Shown: in pieces, positions 12,538 to 24,800 of the stretch
How the letters are laid out: every line of letters begins with the position of its first letter
Position numbering within the stretch: the stretch's first letter is position 1
DNA from: Bugula neritina
Taxonomy: Eukaryota > Animalia > Bryozoa
Assembly: GCA_964035545.1 (NCBI GenBank)
Contig: CAXIUT010000078.1
Span: forward strand, 2,814 to 66,813
Direction of reading: 5' to 3'
Length of the DNA stretch: 64,000 bases
The notes under the pieces: model-generated
What the model was told of the DNA's origin: nothing
Databases searched by the model: none
What the model saw: only the letters and a program-made list of their open reading frames with translations
Program-made: the position numbers and the translations under genes

Positions 12538-15470
12538 ATGGGTTGTTGTGCAAATTCAAATTAAAACGTAGCTAGTGCTCCTCAGACTACCTTTAGTCCT
12601 ACTGATAGCTCAAAGCCGTTCCTATAAGTAAGTGAACTCTCATAAGCCAATCAAAAATTTAAATAGGAACGTTATGAACAGGCAATTGGTCCTTACAAAC
12701 ACTATATTGAGAGGAATGTTGGGGACAAAAATCAACAAGATTGATGGAGTGGGCCAGACAGAATAGAGTTTGGGATACTATGAATGGTATGTATCTAAGT
12801 GGTACATTGAACAGATCAAAAACGGATAGTTTGTAGGGACAGTCTATGATGCTCTTTCTCTTTGTTTCAAGGTCTGAAAAGTGACTAAGTGATAATAGCT
12901 AATGGAATTGAATGGTATCGGAAGATGACTGATGAATATCCCTAAAATGTTGGCATATTGATGGGTTACGCAAACATTCTTAATAACAAAGGTGACTTTG
13001 AAGAAGCTATTAACTACTATGAAAGAGTTGCTGAACTGAATCCTAATGGGTTGGACCTCTCTAAACTTTAGCTTTAATATATGAGTACAAAAGGATTTCT
13101 AAAAAGAATCAATTGAGATGAGCAATAAGATTCTATAATTAGAGCCTAATAATAGAATAGCTTTGTTTGTATTATCTAGAAATGAAAAAACTCCTGAGGA
13201 AAAGATTTAAAAATTGAAAGTAGTAATGAAGCATCATCCAAAATATGCCAGAGCAGTCAATGAAATCGGTATTATAACTGGAGGAACTTTAAAAGATTAT
13301 AGAGAAGCTATTGGGTGGTATAAAAAAGCAATTGAGATAACTCCTGAATATGCTTCTTGCTACAACAATGTAGGAGTCAATCATGAACTCTTGAGATAAT
13401 AATAGTAAGCTATGGTATGGTATTTTCGAGGAATAGAGAGGAATAAATAATACAAAGCTCCTCATGCTAATCTGATTGATGTTTTCAAAAACTTTAAAAT
13501 ATGATGATCATCAGATAAAGAAAGAAATGGATAAGTATAATATCAAGATTGATTGGTTTTATTACTATATGGGTCTATCTCACTACAGTGCTAAAAACTA
13601 CAGTGAATCAATCAGATATTATAACAAAGCATACGATTGTGCACAGGATATTAGATCAGAAATATATAAAATTCACAACTCAGTTGGAATTTCTTATGAT
13701 GATATGATGTAAAATTAAAAAGCTCTTGAATACTATAGAAAAGCAATTGAAAGCAACCCTAAAATATCATAGTTCATATTATAACTCTGCTATTGTTTAC
13801 AAAAGGCTTCAAAATATTGAAAAAGCAATTTAGTTGTATAAAAAAGCCATTGAAGTCAATCCAAAGTACAGTTATGCTTACAATAATCTTGGTAATATTT
13901 ATAAAACTGATTATAAATATGATGAAGCTATTAAATGTTATAAATAAGCTGTAAGACATTTAAGCACTTATACTTTAGCTTATGCTAACTTAGGAATTTT
14001 GCTATCTTAAAGTACAAAATTATCGTGAAGCTTTTAATGCTATGGAAATGGCTAAATAGTGTCTTCCAACTGATAACAATAATCTAAGTGCAGTAATAAA
14101 TCGTTTTTAAAACAAAACCTCAGTGAGTTTGAACAGTATGGAGAAACATGGAGGCAATATGGATCTATTCAAAGGATCAAAGATAAAAATTGAAAAACCT
14201 TATAAAAATATTTTAATCTAATTTCAGTAAAGTCTTACAGTTCTTAAGGAAAAGAGCCTGTTAATATCGATAAAGTGATGAAAAAATAAATTCTATAAAT
14301 AATTAAACTGGTTAAAGAAGATCAATTCTCACTTAAAAATATAGATAGTATTTTTTATTTAATAAAATACATTTTCTTTGATAATTAAGAATATTTTCAT
14401 ATCATTCCTCAACTTTTCGCTCAATATTTCATTCAAAATGTGTTTTAAAAGAAAAGACCAGTTCTAGATATTGAGAAATAACTTTTTTCGATATGTAAAT
14501 AGTTATCAGCAAAAGCAGTTAAGACAATCAAAGTTAACCCCAGATGCAAATAATAGAAGTAGAAAGATAGTCTTTTCCATGAAATACTTTGACCCTCCAA
14601 CAAATAATAAAGTTGATTTATTCAAATAAACAAAAATACTTTGAAGATTATGCATAAATCTATAGTTAGATTATAAGAGTGAATTAAAAGGTTAAGGAGA
14701 CTTATAAAGAGTATAAAGATTTAGTTTAATATGTAAAAAAAAGCATCATTTGGAACTTTGTTTGGAATAGGCACTAAAATTCCAGCAGATGAAATGCAGT
14801 AGTTCAAAGTTATTTTACGTATTTTTGAAAAGATGTTCAAGAGATAATTGGATGAAGAAAAAGTTAATTAAATCATTAAAAAATCGATGCAACTCTTCAT
14901 AAAAAGAGTGGATCTAAAAATGTTAGCACAAGTGAAGTTGTTCACGATATCATGGAAACTTGGACAGAATAAATTACACAAATAGTTAAAGCAAGGAAAG
15001 TAGATAAAATATAGACTAAGTGTGAAGTTAGTGATCTGCTAGAAGCAAAAATTATGTTTAATTCAGTTGATTGTTTGAAAAGAGCAGTCGATGCAGTAGA
15101 TTAAATGTGTCATAGGAAAAAGTACAACATAATTTAGATGGATAATCGTCTGGCGAAGCAACAAACTCAAGATGTTGTGTTAAAAATTCAGATCAAATAA
15201 ACTGTTTGTGAGTTACAGCTTAGCGATGAAGCAGGATTAGACCCAATATCACTTTACTCACAGTATTTATGAAATAGAAAGATCTCCTTTAGGCTGCATT
15301 TTTGAAGCTACATCTTCCTGTCAAAGGGATTCAATTATCCTTTCTTCGAGAACTGCAAAGATATAGTTGAACATCTCAAAAAATAAGATTCAAATTAAAA
15401 TGAAGAGATTTTAAAGGCAGCAGAGTATATTGTAGAAACTTTAAAAGATGCTTAAGTATAGAATGATTGA
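12538..15470 (+). CDS. MGCC-initiated multi-TPR protein with a C-terminal RelA/SpoT-like nucleotidyltransferase domain
   Basis: Many TPRs (YKKAIEITPEYASCYNNVG, YKKAIEVNPKYSYAYNNLGNIY); C-terminal SDLLEAKIMF...MDNR...QDVVL...CELQL...HSIYEIER; several indels. The TPR call is firmer than the C-terminal domain call. Confidence 0.8.
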
Positions 15471-15499
15471 TTCTCTGATTACGATTTTAAGTATTCTTT

Positions 15500-16281
15500 A
15501 TCAAAGAGGTTTATAATATATGATTATCATTAGATGGTATATTAGGATCATGAAGGCTCTTAGTTTTTATTTTCTTAAATCTTGCCTTATTTTGTTTAAA
15601 TTTCTTACTATTTAAAATTTTAACTTGATTAATGCATAATTTAATTTTATTTACAGTGATTTTTTAAATCTTCAGAAGTTTTCTTCTTTAATTTATTCTT
15701 TATTAGCAGTTTTTTATTGAACTCTCCTTTGAAATCTCTTCTTGTTCAACTATCTTAATGCTATTTTCAATATTTATTCCTTATTATACCATCAATTATT
15801 CTTCTTTTATATTTTCTCCTTCTCTTTCAACTTTTAATTAACTCTAATTATCTTTTTTATGAGGTTATTTCTTTTAAAATTTTGATTATTTATCTTTCTG
15901 ATTGATATTTTTAAATTTTTATACTTTTTCTACTCATATTGTTAGCCCATTCTTGGTTTAGTTTATCAATAGATTTGAGTTATTTTATTGTTTTTTACAT
16001 TTGTTAGATTATTATCTAATTTTTGTTTGTTTTTCTTTAACTTTATTTCAATGCTTTTGCCTTCTTCATCGCACAACTTTTATTGTGCAACTGTGAAAAA
16101 TATAATCCAGTTGATGCTTCGTTAGCTATCATAATATTCCACTCAAGATAGTTTGTTTTGATTTATTGAATATAAGATAGCATTTTTTCTTTTGAATATG
16201 GTTCTCCTTAAAAAGCTGTAACTATATTTTTGGATCTAATTTTTGTTTTATTATTTAGCCTATGTTAGCTTATCTCTAAAA
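15500..16281 (-). CDS. Hypothetical coiled-coil protein
   Basis: E/K-rich minus-strand frame with TAR=Glu. Both ends approximate. Confidence 0.45.
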
Positions 16282-16384
16282 AACCCAAATAATTTCTTCA
16301 TTTTTTACTATTTAATTAATTTAATTCATTTCTCATTGATATATTTAGAAAATTAAATCCATTTGATATTATTGTTTTATTTCA

Positions 16385-17356
16385 ATGAAGGATATATCAA
16401 AGGAAAGTATCATTCAAGCTCATGAAAGAATCAAACCATACATCCATAGAACCCCAATTTTATATTCAAAGACAATTACTTAGAAGGCAGGATGCTTAAG
16501 TTTTTGCTTAAAATGTTAAAAACTTTCAAAAGGTAGGAGCCTTCAAACCAAGAGGAGCCTTTAATAAAGTACTACAATTACCTAAATAAACATCTTCAGT
16601 TTGTACTCATTCTAGTGGAAATCATGCTCAGGCTTTATCATTCGCTGCTTTGAATCTAAAAATTCCAGCATATATAGTTATGCCCCAAAATTCTCCTTTA
16701 GTAAAAAAGAAAGCAGTGAAGGGATATGGTGCAACTGTCATTGAATCAGGCAATACTCTTAAAGAAAGATAATAAACAGCACAAAAGTAATAAGATAGTA
16801 CAAATCAACATTTATTCACCCATACAATGATATTTAAATCATTACTGGTCAAGCTACTGTGGCAAAAGAAGTATTTGAAGATATAAAAAGATTTAGATTA
16901 TTTAGTATTTCCAATTGGAGGGAGGAGGATTAAGTAGTGGAAGCGTTCTTTCAACTAAATACTTTGGAGGGAAGTGTAGACCTATAGGAGTAGAACCATA
17001 TCTTGCTAGAGATGCAAAATAATCTTTATAAAAGGGAAGTATTCAACCTCAGATGCCACCTATATCAATAGGCGATGGATTAAGAACCAGTCTAGGTTCA
17101 CTGACTTTCCCTATTTTAAAACAATTTTTAACCCCATAAGATGTGATATTAGTATCTGAATAGGAAATAATTGAGGGCAACTCAGTTGGTATTATAAAGA
17201 ATGAAGATAGTAATATAGCCATCGTCAGCTACAGTTGTGGCTGCAGTGATAAAAGATAATCGATTTCGAGGTAAAAAAGTATGTTGTATAATAAGTGGAG
17301 GTAATTTCGATATGTCCAACCAATTTGATCGACTTAAAAGTTTAGCTAAATTGTGA
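16385..17356 (+). CDS. PLP-dependent serine racemase / serine-threonine dehydratase
   Basis: HERIKPYIHRTP, KCENFQKVGAFK, HSSGNHAQA, GGGL, GDGLRT, IEPSSA, ISGGN; indels; no intron seen. Confidence 0.92.
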
Positions 17357-17399
17357 TCTGAATAAAGTTATTAAAAATAAAATATAAATAAATTTAAGA

Positions 17400-18600
17400 A
17401 TGGATCCTTCTGTTTCCATATAAAGAGAAAAAATAACTTTGGAGCTGAAAATATTTGCTTTCTCTTCAAGATATAGCAACAACAGAACAGACTCTTTAAG
17501 TTTTAAACAAATTATATCCATTTAGTTAGAGTCCTCTCAAGAAATTACCTCCTCTTTAATTACAAGAATTCTAGCCTATGCAAATAATTGCACCTTGTCT
17601 TAAAACAATTCTTTAATCTTATGTATTAATAGTCTTATTAGGAAAAGTTAGGGCTCAAAAAAACAATTATTGTGTCGATGAGCAACGATTGGTTGATGAT
17701 TAAATAAAATAAAAATTAGTCTATAATTTTGATGAAGGATAAACTTAAATAATAGCTCTTTAGTCTCCAGTTACTTTACTCAAAGTACATAAAGTTTGGG
17801 TTAGAATCGCTCAACAATAAAAATATAAACCAATAAAAAAGATTACGTTAGAAGAAAACTATCTCAAATACCTTTTTTTCAAAATCTTCCTTTTTAATAA
17901 TTCAATAAAGTACTAAAGGTAGCCCCAATTAAATTCAATTGGACCAGGATAAACTCTGATTGAAGAATGTACGACTCCTTATAATATGTATGTTGTGACA
18001 GAAGGAGAATTAGTTCTTCATAAAAGGTCAAATTTCCTCAAGAAGGAGGAAATCTGGAAATAACTACAACTTAGTCTTCAAAAAAAAGATTAATTTTCTT
18101 AAGAACTTTTTGAGTATATGGTAAGATAGCCTTCTTCTAAAACAAAAACTTTCTAAGTTACTTTTTAGATAGGAATATTAGGCTAGGGAGCTAAATTCTG
18201 TGGGAACATAAACTCTTAATTAATTACCTCTAGGCTATTCAATTATTTCATCTTTAAAGACTAAATATGTCACAATTAAGTATCCAGACCTCTATGTTTT
18301 GGAACAAGAACAGTTAAGTGAAATTAGAAGCTGGCCTACCCGTGAAATAGACAAAAAACAGTTGAGAAGACAGTATTATTATTAAAAAAATTGGGAAGAA
18401 TATAAACAGTATCTTGTTCAAGATCAATAATTAAGCGAACTTGAAGCCAAAAAACATTTGATGATGTCTTAAGAAAAGAAGTAGGATTGTCCAATGAAAA
18501 AGTATTCATATGCTTCGGGAAAAGTAGGATAAGGGTTTATTGTAGATTCTCCTGCAGGAAAAATGAATAGAGTCAAATAGATGACCTTTAAAAAAATGAT
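17400..18600 (+). CDS. Protein with a degenerate cyclic-nucleotide-binding domain
   Basis: MYVVTEGELVL and IGILGEGAKF beta-barrel motifs. End approximate; indels present. Confidence 0.55.
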
Positions 18601-18722
18601 ATCTTCAGTGATTTTTCAAAATAATTTCTTTTAGTTTTTTCATTTTAAGAATCTATTTATGTTAGTTCAAATATTTTATATAAACAGTTTAAGCTGAAAT
18701 AAAGTTATTATTTTTTATTATT

Positions 18723-20136
18723 ATGGAGAAAGATCCTGAACCCTCTAAAGAACCAACTAGCAATTAAACTTAAAAATCGAAACCATCTCAATAAGAGAAG
18801 GAATCAAGAGCAGCTCAGAAAAAAGCTCTACTTGGAAAGTTACTCAGAGGTAGAAGAGAAAAAGAAGCTGATGATTTATTGGAATAACTTATAGCAGATT
18901 AAGAAGAAACAATCAATGGATTTAAACTTTGTAAATTCGGTGCTTTCTGTCTGCAAGCTTCAGACCTTGAAAGGGCTTAAAAACTTCTCTTAAAAGGCCA
19001 AGAGATCATTGAAAAAAGATTCGGAATTTACACCAATGGCTATATGAATCTAGGGAATCTCTGGGCACAAAGAAAAAATTATCAGAAAGCAATTGATCAT
19101 ATTAAAAAGTACTAGCTCTTTCCCCTCATAGAGATCCAAAAGAATGCGGAGATAAAGATCAAGTACTCTTTTCAAAACAGCTTAATTCCTTCAATGCTCT
19201 TGTTGATGCTCATACAAACCTGGCTGTAATGTATGTACAGTTAGATTAATTCGAAAAAGGCTTCGGTTTTTGTAAAAAGTCTTTATAACTAAAACCTGAA
19301 GATTCTGAATCTCAAATTAACTTTACTGATATTTTAAGGCAACTTGGTAAGAAAGAATAAGCAATTGCTCATTCATGGAAGCAAATATAAGATTATAGTC
19401 ACAAAAATGGTCTTCCTGATTATAAAGCTCCAGCAAAAATTCAGATAAACTCTTGGAAAGCCAGCTGAAAATCATGAGATACCAAAATAGTAACAAAAGA
19501 TATCTATTTTAACTGTAAAATGGGGGACAAGATACAATGCAGACTATGTTAATAAGCTATATATGGGTATTCTTAGAAACACTACATGGAAAATGACATT
19601 CTATTGTTTTACTGATGATGGAAATGGACTACACCCCTGATATTAAAGTATAAAAGCTCTAAGAGGGTTGGAAGAGATGGTGGGGGAAGGTTACTCTCTT
19701 CAATGTGTCTATTCCTGGGAGGAAGTTTTATATAGATTTAGATATGATTATTACAGGAAGTCTTGATAAAATGTTTGCTTACGACGGTTAGTTTACCATC
19801 TTGAGGACAGGAGATCTAGCTTGTTAGAAGAATCACAAAGATGGATATAATAGTTCTGTCATGATTTGGAGTGGAGACCATTGAAATCGGTTTATGAGCA
19901 TTTGAAACAAAATTTTGATGTGATAACTAAATTTATTGTTCGTTTCGATTTCTGGTTAGAAATGACGATTGCTAATGCTGATTTCGTCCAGGAAGTATAC
20001 CCTAGGGCTGTAATTGACTTCCTTGCAGATGCAAAGGAAAACTTTACCTAAGGAAAGTTCTGTTGTCTGTTTTGCTCGTAAACCTAAACCTGAAGATTAT
20101 CCAGCTTAGTGGATCAAAGAGTACTGGGTACTGTGA
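18723..20136 (+). CDS. TPR protein fused to a GT-A-type glycosyltransferase domain
   Basis: TPRs (AHTNLAVMYVQLDEFEKG) followed by TVKWGTRYNADYVNKL, FYCFTDD, WWGKVTLF, YIDLD, YNSSVM, KPKP; indels. Confidence 0.8.
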
Positions 20137-20378
20137 TTACATAGAACATAAAAAAATATATTTTTTCGTCAATATTATAGGCGTTGTGAATTAACTACGC
20201 CTAAATAAATTATAAATTAATATTTATAATATGCTAAGAGTTATTTTCATGAAGATTCTTTTGATTTTGTACCCAAGAATATCAAGAGAATAAAATAGAA
20301 AAATATCATCATAAATTAAAAAACAAATTTTTATTTTAAAGATGTGAATTTAAAAGAAGGTAAAAGAATATAAATTGA

Positions 20379-21678
20379 TCATTATTCTTCAATGAGGCTT
20401 TAGCCTTCCTTAACTTTAGGGGCAAGATCAGATAAATTTATCGATACTCTACTGATAAATACTTGAACTGCTACGATAATAGTAAGAAAAACCCAAGGAG
20501 GTAGGTCTTCTAATACTATGTTCAAAAATATGGTTGTCATTATTCCCACACAAAAACAAATTCGATATAAACTATATGATTCTACTCGACCGGGATAAAT
20601 TTTACCCATTATTGCTTCTGTATTGATCTGAAAGAAAGTATCAGCTCCTCCCCATAAAGCTGATACCGCAAAACACATCCCATAACTTTTCAAAAAGTAA
20701 CAGATAATTGACAAAAATGCTGCTACTTATATTATCAATGTTCCAGTTACTGCTAATTTAAACTTGCAGTATTACTCAGCAAATCGATTCATGATGAAGC
20801 CTGTAAAGACTTGTGTACAACCTAGAGCAAGAAAAACTAATCCTGAGTGAAAGTTTATTCTCTGGCTATAGTCATCATGAGACTAATATGTTTATTGGGG
20901 GAGAGAGAAGCCAACCAACTTGGATACAAAGGACACATAGAATCCTACAGTTAGACCTGGAAGAAAGATATAAGCGACTAAACTTAAATTTTTTGGATCT
21001 TTTATCATATTTAGACATTTGTTGATTTCATTTTTGATAATAATTTCTTCTTTTTTTTCTTATTTTTAAAGTTCAGGCAAAAATAATAGCAAGCAAGAAG
21101 AAATAACTTAATATTTTAAAAATACATCCTAAAATGGTCAATACTGTAAAATAAGCAAACATTTCCAATAATTCCTAGAACAAAGGTGGTTAAAAGGGCA
21201 GCTGTTATTTGAGATGACATTGATATGCTCCAAAAAAGACCAAATAGTTATGTTTTTCGACTAGATCCTGCAACCTAGCTGACATAATAGCCTTGTGCAA
21301 CCCAAAGCATGGCTGCAAACATACCGCAAATGGCAGCTCCTAGAATTACAAGAATCCATCCTAAGATAATCGGCAATATCTATCCAAAGGGCTAAAGTGA
21401 GTCCTGCAATTTAGTAGATAACATAACCTAAGGAGCTAAAGAACATAGTTTTTTTAAAACCATACTTATTGATAATGTAAGACGTGAAAAAAGTGGTCAA
21501 AGCGTAGAATAAAAAGAGGACAATAATTGATATTTTATCCCAGATTATTATAGCCATAGTCTTTGTAGAGTTTTGAAACTATATTTTTGAGAGAGTTGAA
21601 TGCAGTAAACATCAGCTGGAATACTACTGACAAAAAGACTACTCTGAGGGTTTGCTGCCTATGTGTTAGCTATATCAT
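20379..21678 (-). CDS. UNC-93-like MFS membrane protein
   Basis: MFTAFNSLKNIVSKLYKDYGYNNLG, LWVAQGYYVS, multiple TM segments. Confidence 0.85.
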
Positions 21679-21719
21679 TATGATCGATTTATCTTTAATA
21701 AATTTAAAAATGAAAATAT

Positions 21720-22578
21720 TCAAAAATTAACATTTAATTCACTTTGTTTCCAAATATTCACTCTATGTGTGTTACCGCCAAAGGCTGCAAGTGGTTGTCT
21801 CTCTACTTTTATGAATTTTATCTATCACATGTCCTATCCTTGATTCAGCTAAGGAAGATTTCTGTAATCTTATAACTTAATTCTTTCCTAAATAGTTATT
21901 CACCTTTTATCGATATCTCTAGGTTTTTTACCATTCATTCATAAGAGTTTTTTGTTTTTATTACACTTTTTAACGAAGACTTTTAGTTGTCCTTCTTGAT
22001 TTGATTGTTGTTTTTAAACTTCTATTAGGAAATACTACACTCTAAGCCATAGCTTAGTTCGGTAAAAACATTGATCCCTATGGATGAATTGTTAATTTGG
22101 TTAACTGTAGTTCTAATCATAGTTGATTTAAGGTCATTTTGATCTTTTATTTTAGACTGAGTAGCATTTGCTAGTCTACTTTGGGCTACCTTACTTTAAG
22201 CTTTCGATCTGAAACCAAACAAACTGGTTGTGCTCGATGTTAGGGCTGAGTTCCTGTACTCTTTTCCACTTTTGGTTGAAATGTACGACTCAGTTTACAT
22301 TTATTTTCTTTGTTTTTTTCATTTTTAGGTAGTTAACAGTTCAGTAACAAGTCCTGATACTTAGGTTGGGTAAGAGCTTTGAGTCTAAATGACTGAGAGG
22401 TTCTGTTTTGATCGGAATGTTTTGCCATTCTGATTTATAATTTGCTTTATGTAGAGTTAAATTGTTTAACCTGGTCTTCTAACTTGTCGATGTGAGTATT
22501 GAACTTGGCAACTAACTCTTTAGGAGGTTGAATTCTTTTGGCATAAGACTTTACTAGAGACTGGTTGGAATTTTGCAT
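21720..22578 (-). CDS. Hypothetical S/T/K-rich protein, partly duplicated at 55522-56037
   Basis: MQNSNQSLVKSYAKRIQPPKELVAKF...; differences from the second copy are mostly synonymous, which supports coding status. Confidence 0.7.
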
Positions 22579-22729
22579 TGCTAGTATCAAATAAATATAT
22601 TGCTTAAAATTAATTCTATGTTAAGAAGTAAGTTTTACTTTCATTTAGTATTTTTATCAAGAATAAGAAATATTTCCATTGATTAAATTTGGATAAAATT
22701 GATTGTTTTGATTTATAAAACTTATTGAT

Positions 22730-23584
22730 ATGACTACAGCCAATTTTAGAGTGAAGTTTGGAAATCCAAACTCCAATAGTGAGCCTTCATTCTTTTCAAT
22801 AAGTGCTGAGGTTCAAGAAGAAAAGGTAAATTTGTTTCTAGCTAGATAGCAGCTCATTACTAAAGATACTCAAAGACTCTAAAAAAGTATCGATTACCTT
22901 TGGTAGTGATGGAATTGCCAAGTTAATTTGAGAAACTTGAATACACTATACTAGATACTGTTCTTGATGGTAAAGTAATTACTTAAAAATTGGTTAAAGA
23001 AGAAAAAGTTTTTAATATGTATGAAAGTAAACCTCCAGATCAAATAATGATGTTGAAAAAGATGGAAAAGCTTTTTGAAAAATTAACAACACTCAACAAC
23101 TCTCTCAACATCAATTTTACTATCTTCGATATAACACAAAAGCAATAAATACTAAAAATAAATAATTCTTAGTTTTGTGCTTTGATACTATAAAACCTAC
23201 TAATCTAGGCTACTCTTGATCTTGATCATAACTTCGTAAAAATGGCTGGATAGCTAGTGGCAAAAATATCTCCAGGTTTTGATCAATCTCCTATTATTGG
23301 TTTTCTTTAACTTTTCCAAGAAGCTGACCTCAACCTTTAGTAATTTAAAATTTACATAGATTTTAGGCTCCTTCCATTTTGAAACATTAAACTCGCTAAA
23401 AAGTATTGTCAGAACTTATTGAATACGAAGAACCTGCTGAGTTGGGAAATGATCAATAAAAATTAATAAATAAGATGATGGAGTGCTAAGAAAAGGTGAC
23501 TCTATATGTTCATTTTGGAAAACTTGGATATATTGAAATGACTGGAGAAGCTAGAATCTGGGCATTCCTCCTTTGCATTGCATG
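22730..23584 (+). CDS. Hypothetical protein
   Basis: MTTANFRVKFGNPNS..., one 20-nt intron, indel near 23380. Confidence 0.55.
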
Positions 23585-23599
23585 ATTTGTACCTTTATA

Positions 23600-24665
23600 G
23601 AGCTACTTATGATAAACAATAAATTATACTTAAGAAACTATTTTGTTCTTTTATCTAAGACAGTGAATACATATGATGATAGATATCATAAATCTTGAAG
23701 GCTGACAATGATGTTATAATTCCATGGATGTTCTTTGATGGAGATAGACTAATCAAATATTTTGCCATTGTTAGTGTTATTGTTTTGAATTACTATTTAT
23801 CCATCTTCTAGACGAACTCCAATTGTTTATCCTTCTTCTATTGTGAGGGAACTGGTCATAGATCGATTGAATTGGCACACTTTTCTTGGATTTATAATCT
23901 CTAATTGATCTTGACTCAATGTTAAAGATTATTTTTATTTTGATGGAATAAAATCAACTCCTATGATAACTTTTTCACATCTTAGCTGATTGATTTTAAT
24001 GGCAAGAGTTCTACCTTGTAGATCTTATAGTTTTACTGGAAAAGTTTAAAAGGGTTTATCATGATTGAGGGTATACTATACTTATGATCTACATTAATCT
24101 ATTAATACTATTGATTTTCAAGAGTGAAAACTAGCTAATTGGTATATTTTCCTGTAACCCTTTTTTATGTTTTATTCTGAGGTCTTCTTGAATTTTATCT
24201 GGTTTATTTGTTTTATTTGAAATAAGATTTGACATGTTTTTATATTTTATTGATGAATTTAGTTTTAAAGGTGTTGTAAGATTATATTTTATGGTTAACA
24301 TATTCAAGGTCTTTTTAATTGATGACTTTTACTTTATAGACAGGAATTTGTTCTTCATCAATGCATCCATTTTAGTTGATGATAATAAAATTAACTGTCT
24401 ATCCATTGAATTTCACTGTTTCTTCTGAATTGTTCTAAACATCTTTCTTTTTTATAATGCTTTTGAAGAATTGTCCTAAACTATCAAAATGTGCAAAACA
24501 GTAATTATCATCTAGATCTATTTCGAAGGAGGCAGTTTGAAGTCCCTTTGGGGTAAGTTAAATATGCAAAGAAGATGAAGTGTAGCGTTACCTTTTATTC
24601 ACCACTTGCCTGAAGTCTACAGACACCTAGTAGTTGTTGCAGTTGAAGTGCGCTCTTTTATTCAT
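23600..24665 (-). CDS. Hypothetical protein
   Basis: ATG at 24665 (MNKRAHFNCNNY...). 3' end approximate; indel present. Confidence 0.5.
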
Positions 24666-24724
24666 GGATAATTTATTTATAATTTAAATTGGCTCATTGA
24701 AATAAATATATTCTAATCTACATA

Positions 24725-24800
24725 GGGGTTGGGGTTGGGGTTGGGGTTGGGGTTGGGGTTGGGGTTGGGGTTGGGGTTGGGGTTGGGGTTGGGGTTGGGG
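24725..24800 (+). repeat. Internal telomeric (GGGGTT)n tract 2
   Basis: 76 nt of perfect repeat. Confidence 0.97.

Noticed and set aside
12700-20100. Programmed ribosomal frameshifting of the Euplotes type
   Set aside because: Shifts occur in both directions, mostly in homopolymer runs, with no shared slippery-codon-plus-stop motif; long-read indel error is the simpler explanation.
24690-24724. Conserved chromosome-breakage motif next to the telomere tracts
   Set aside because: Only short AT-rich words (ATTCT, AAATAT) recur, as expected at this base composition; no Tetrahymena-type Cbs was seen.
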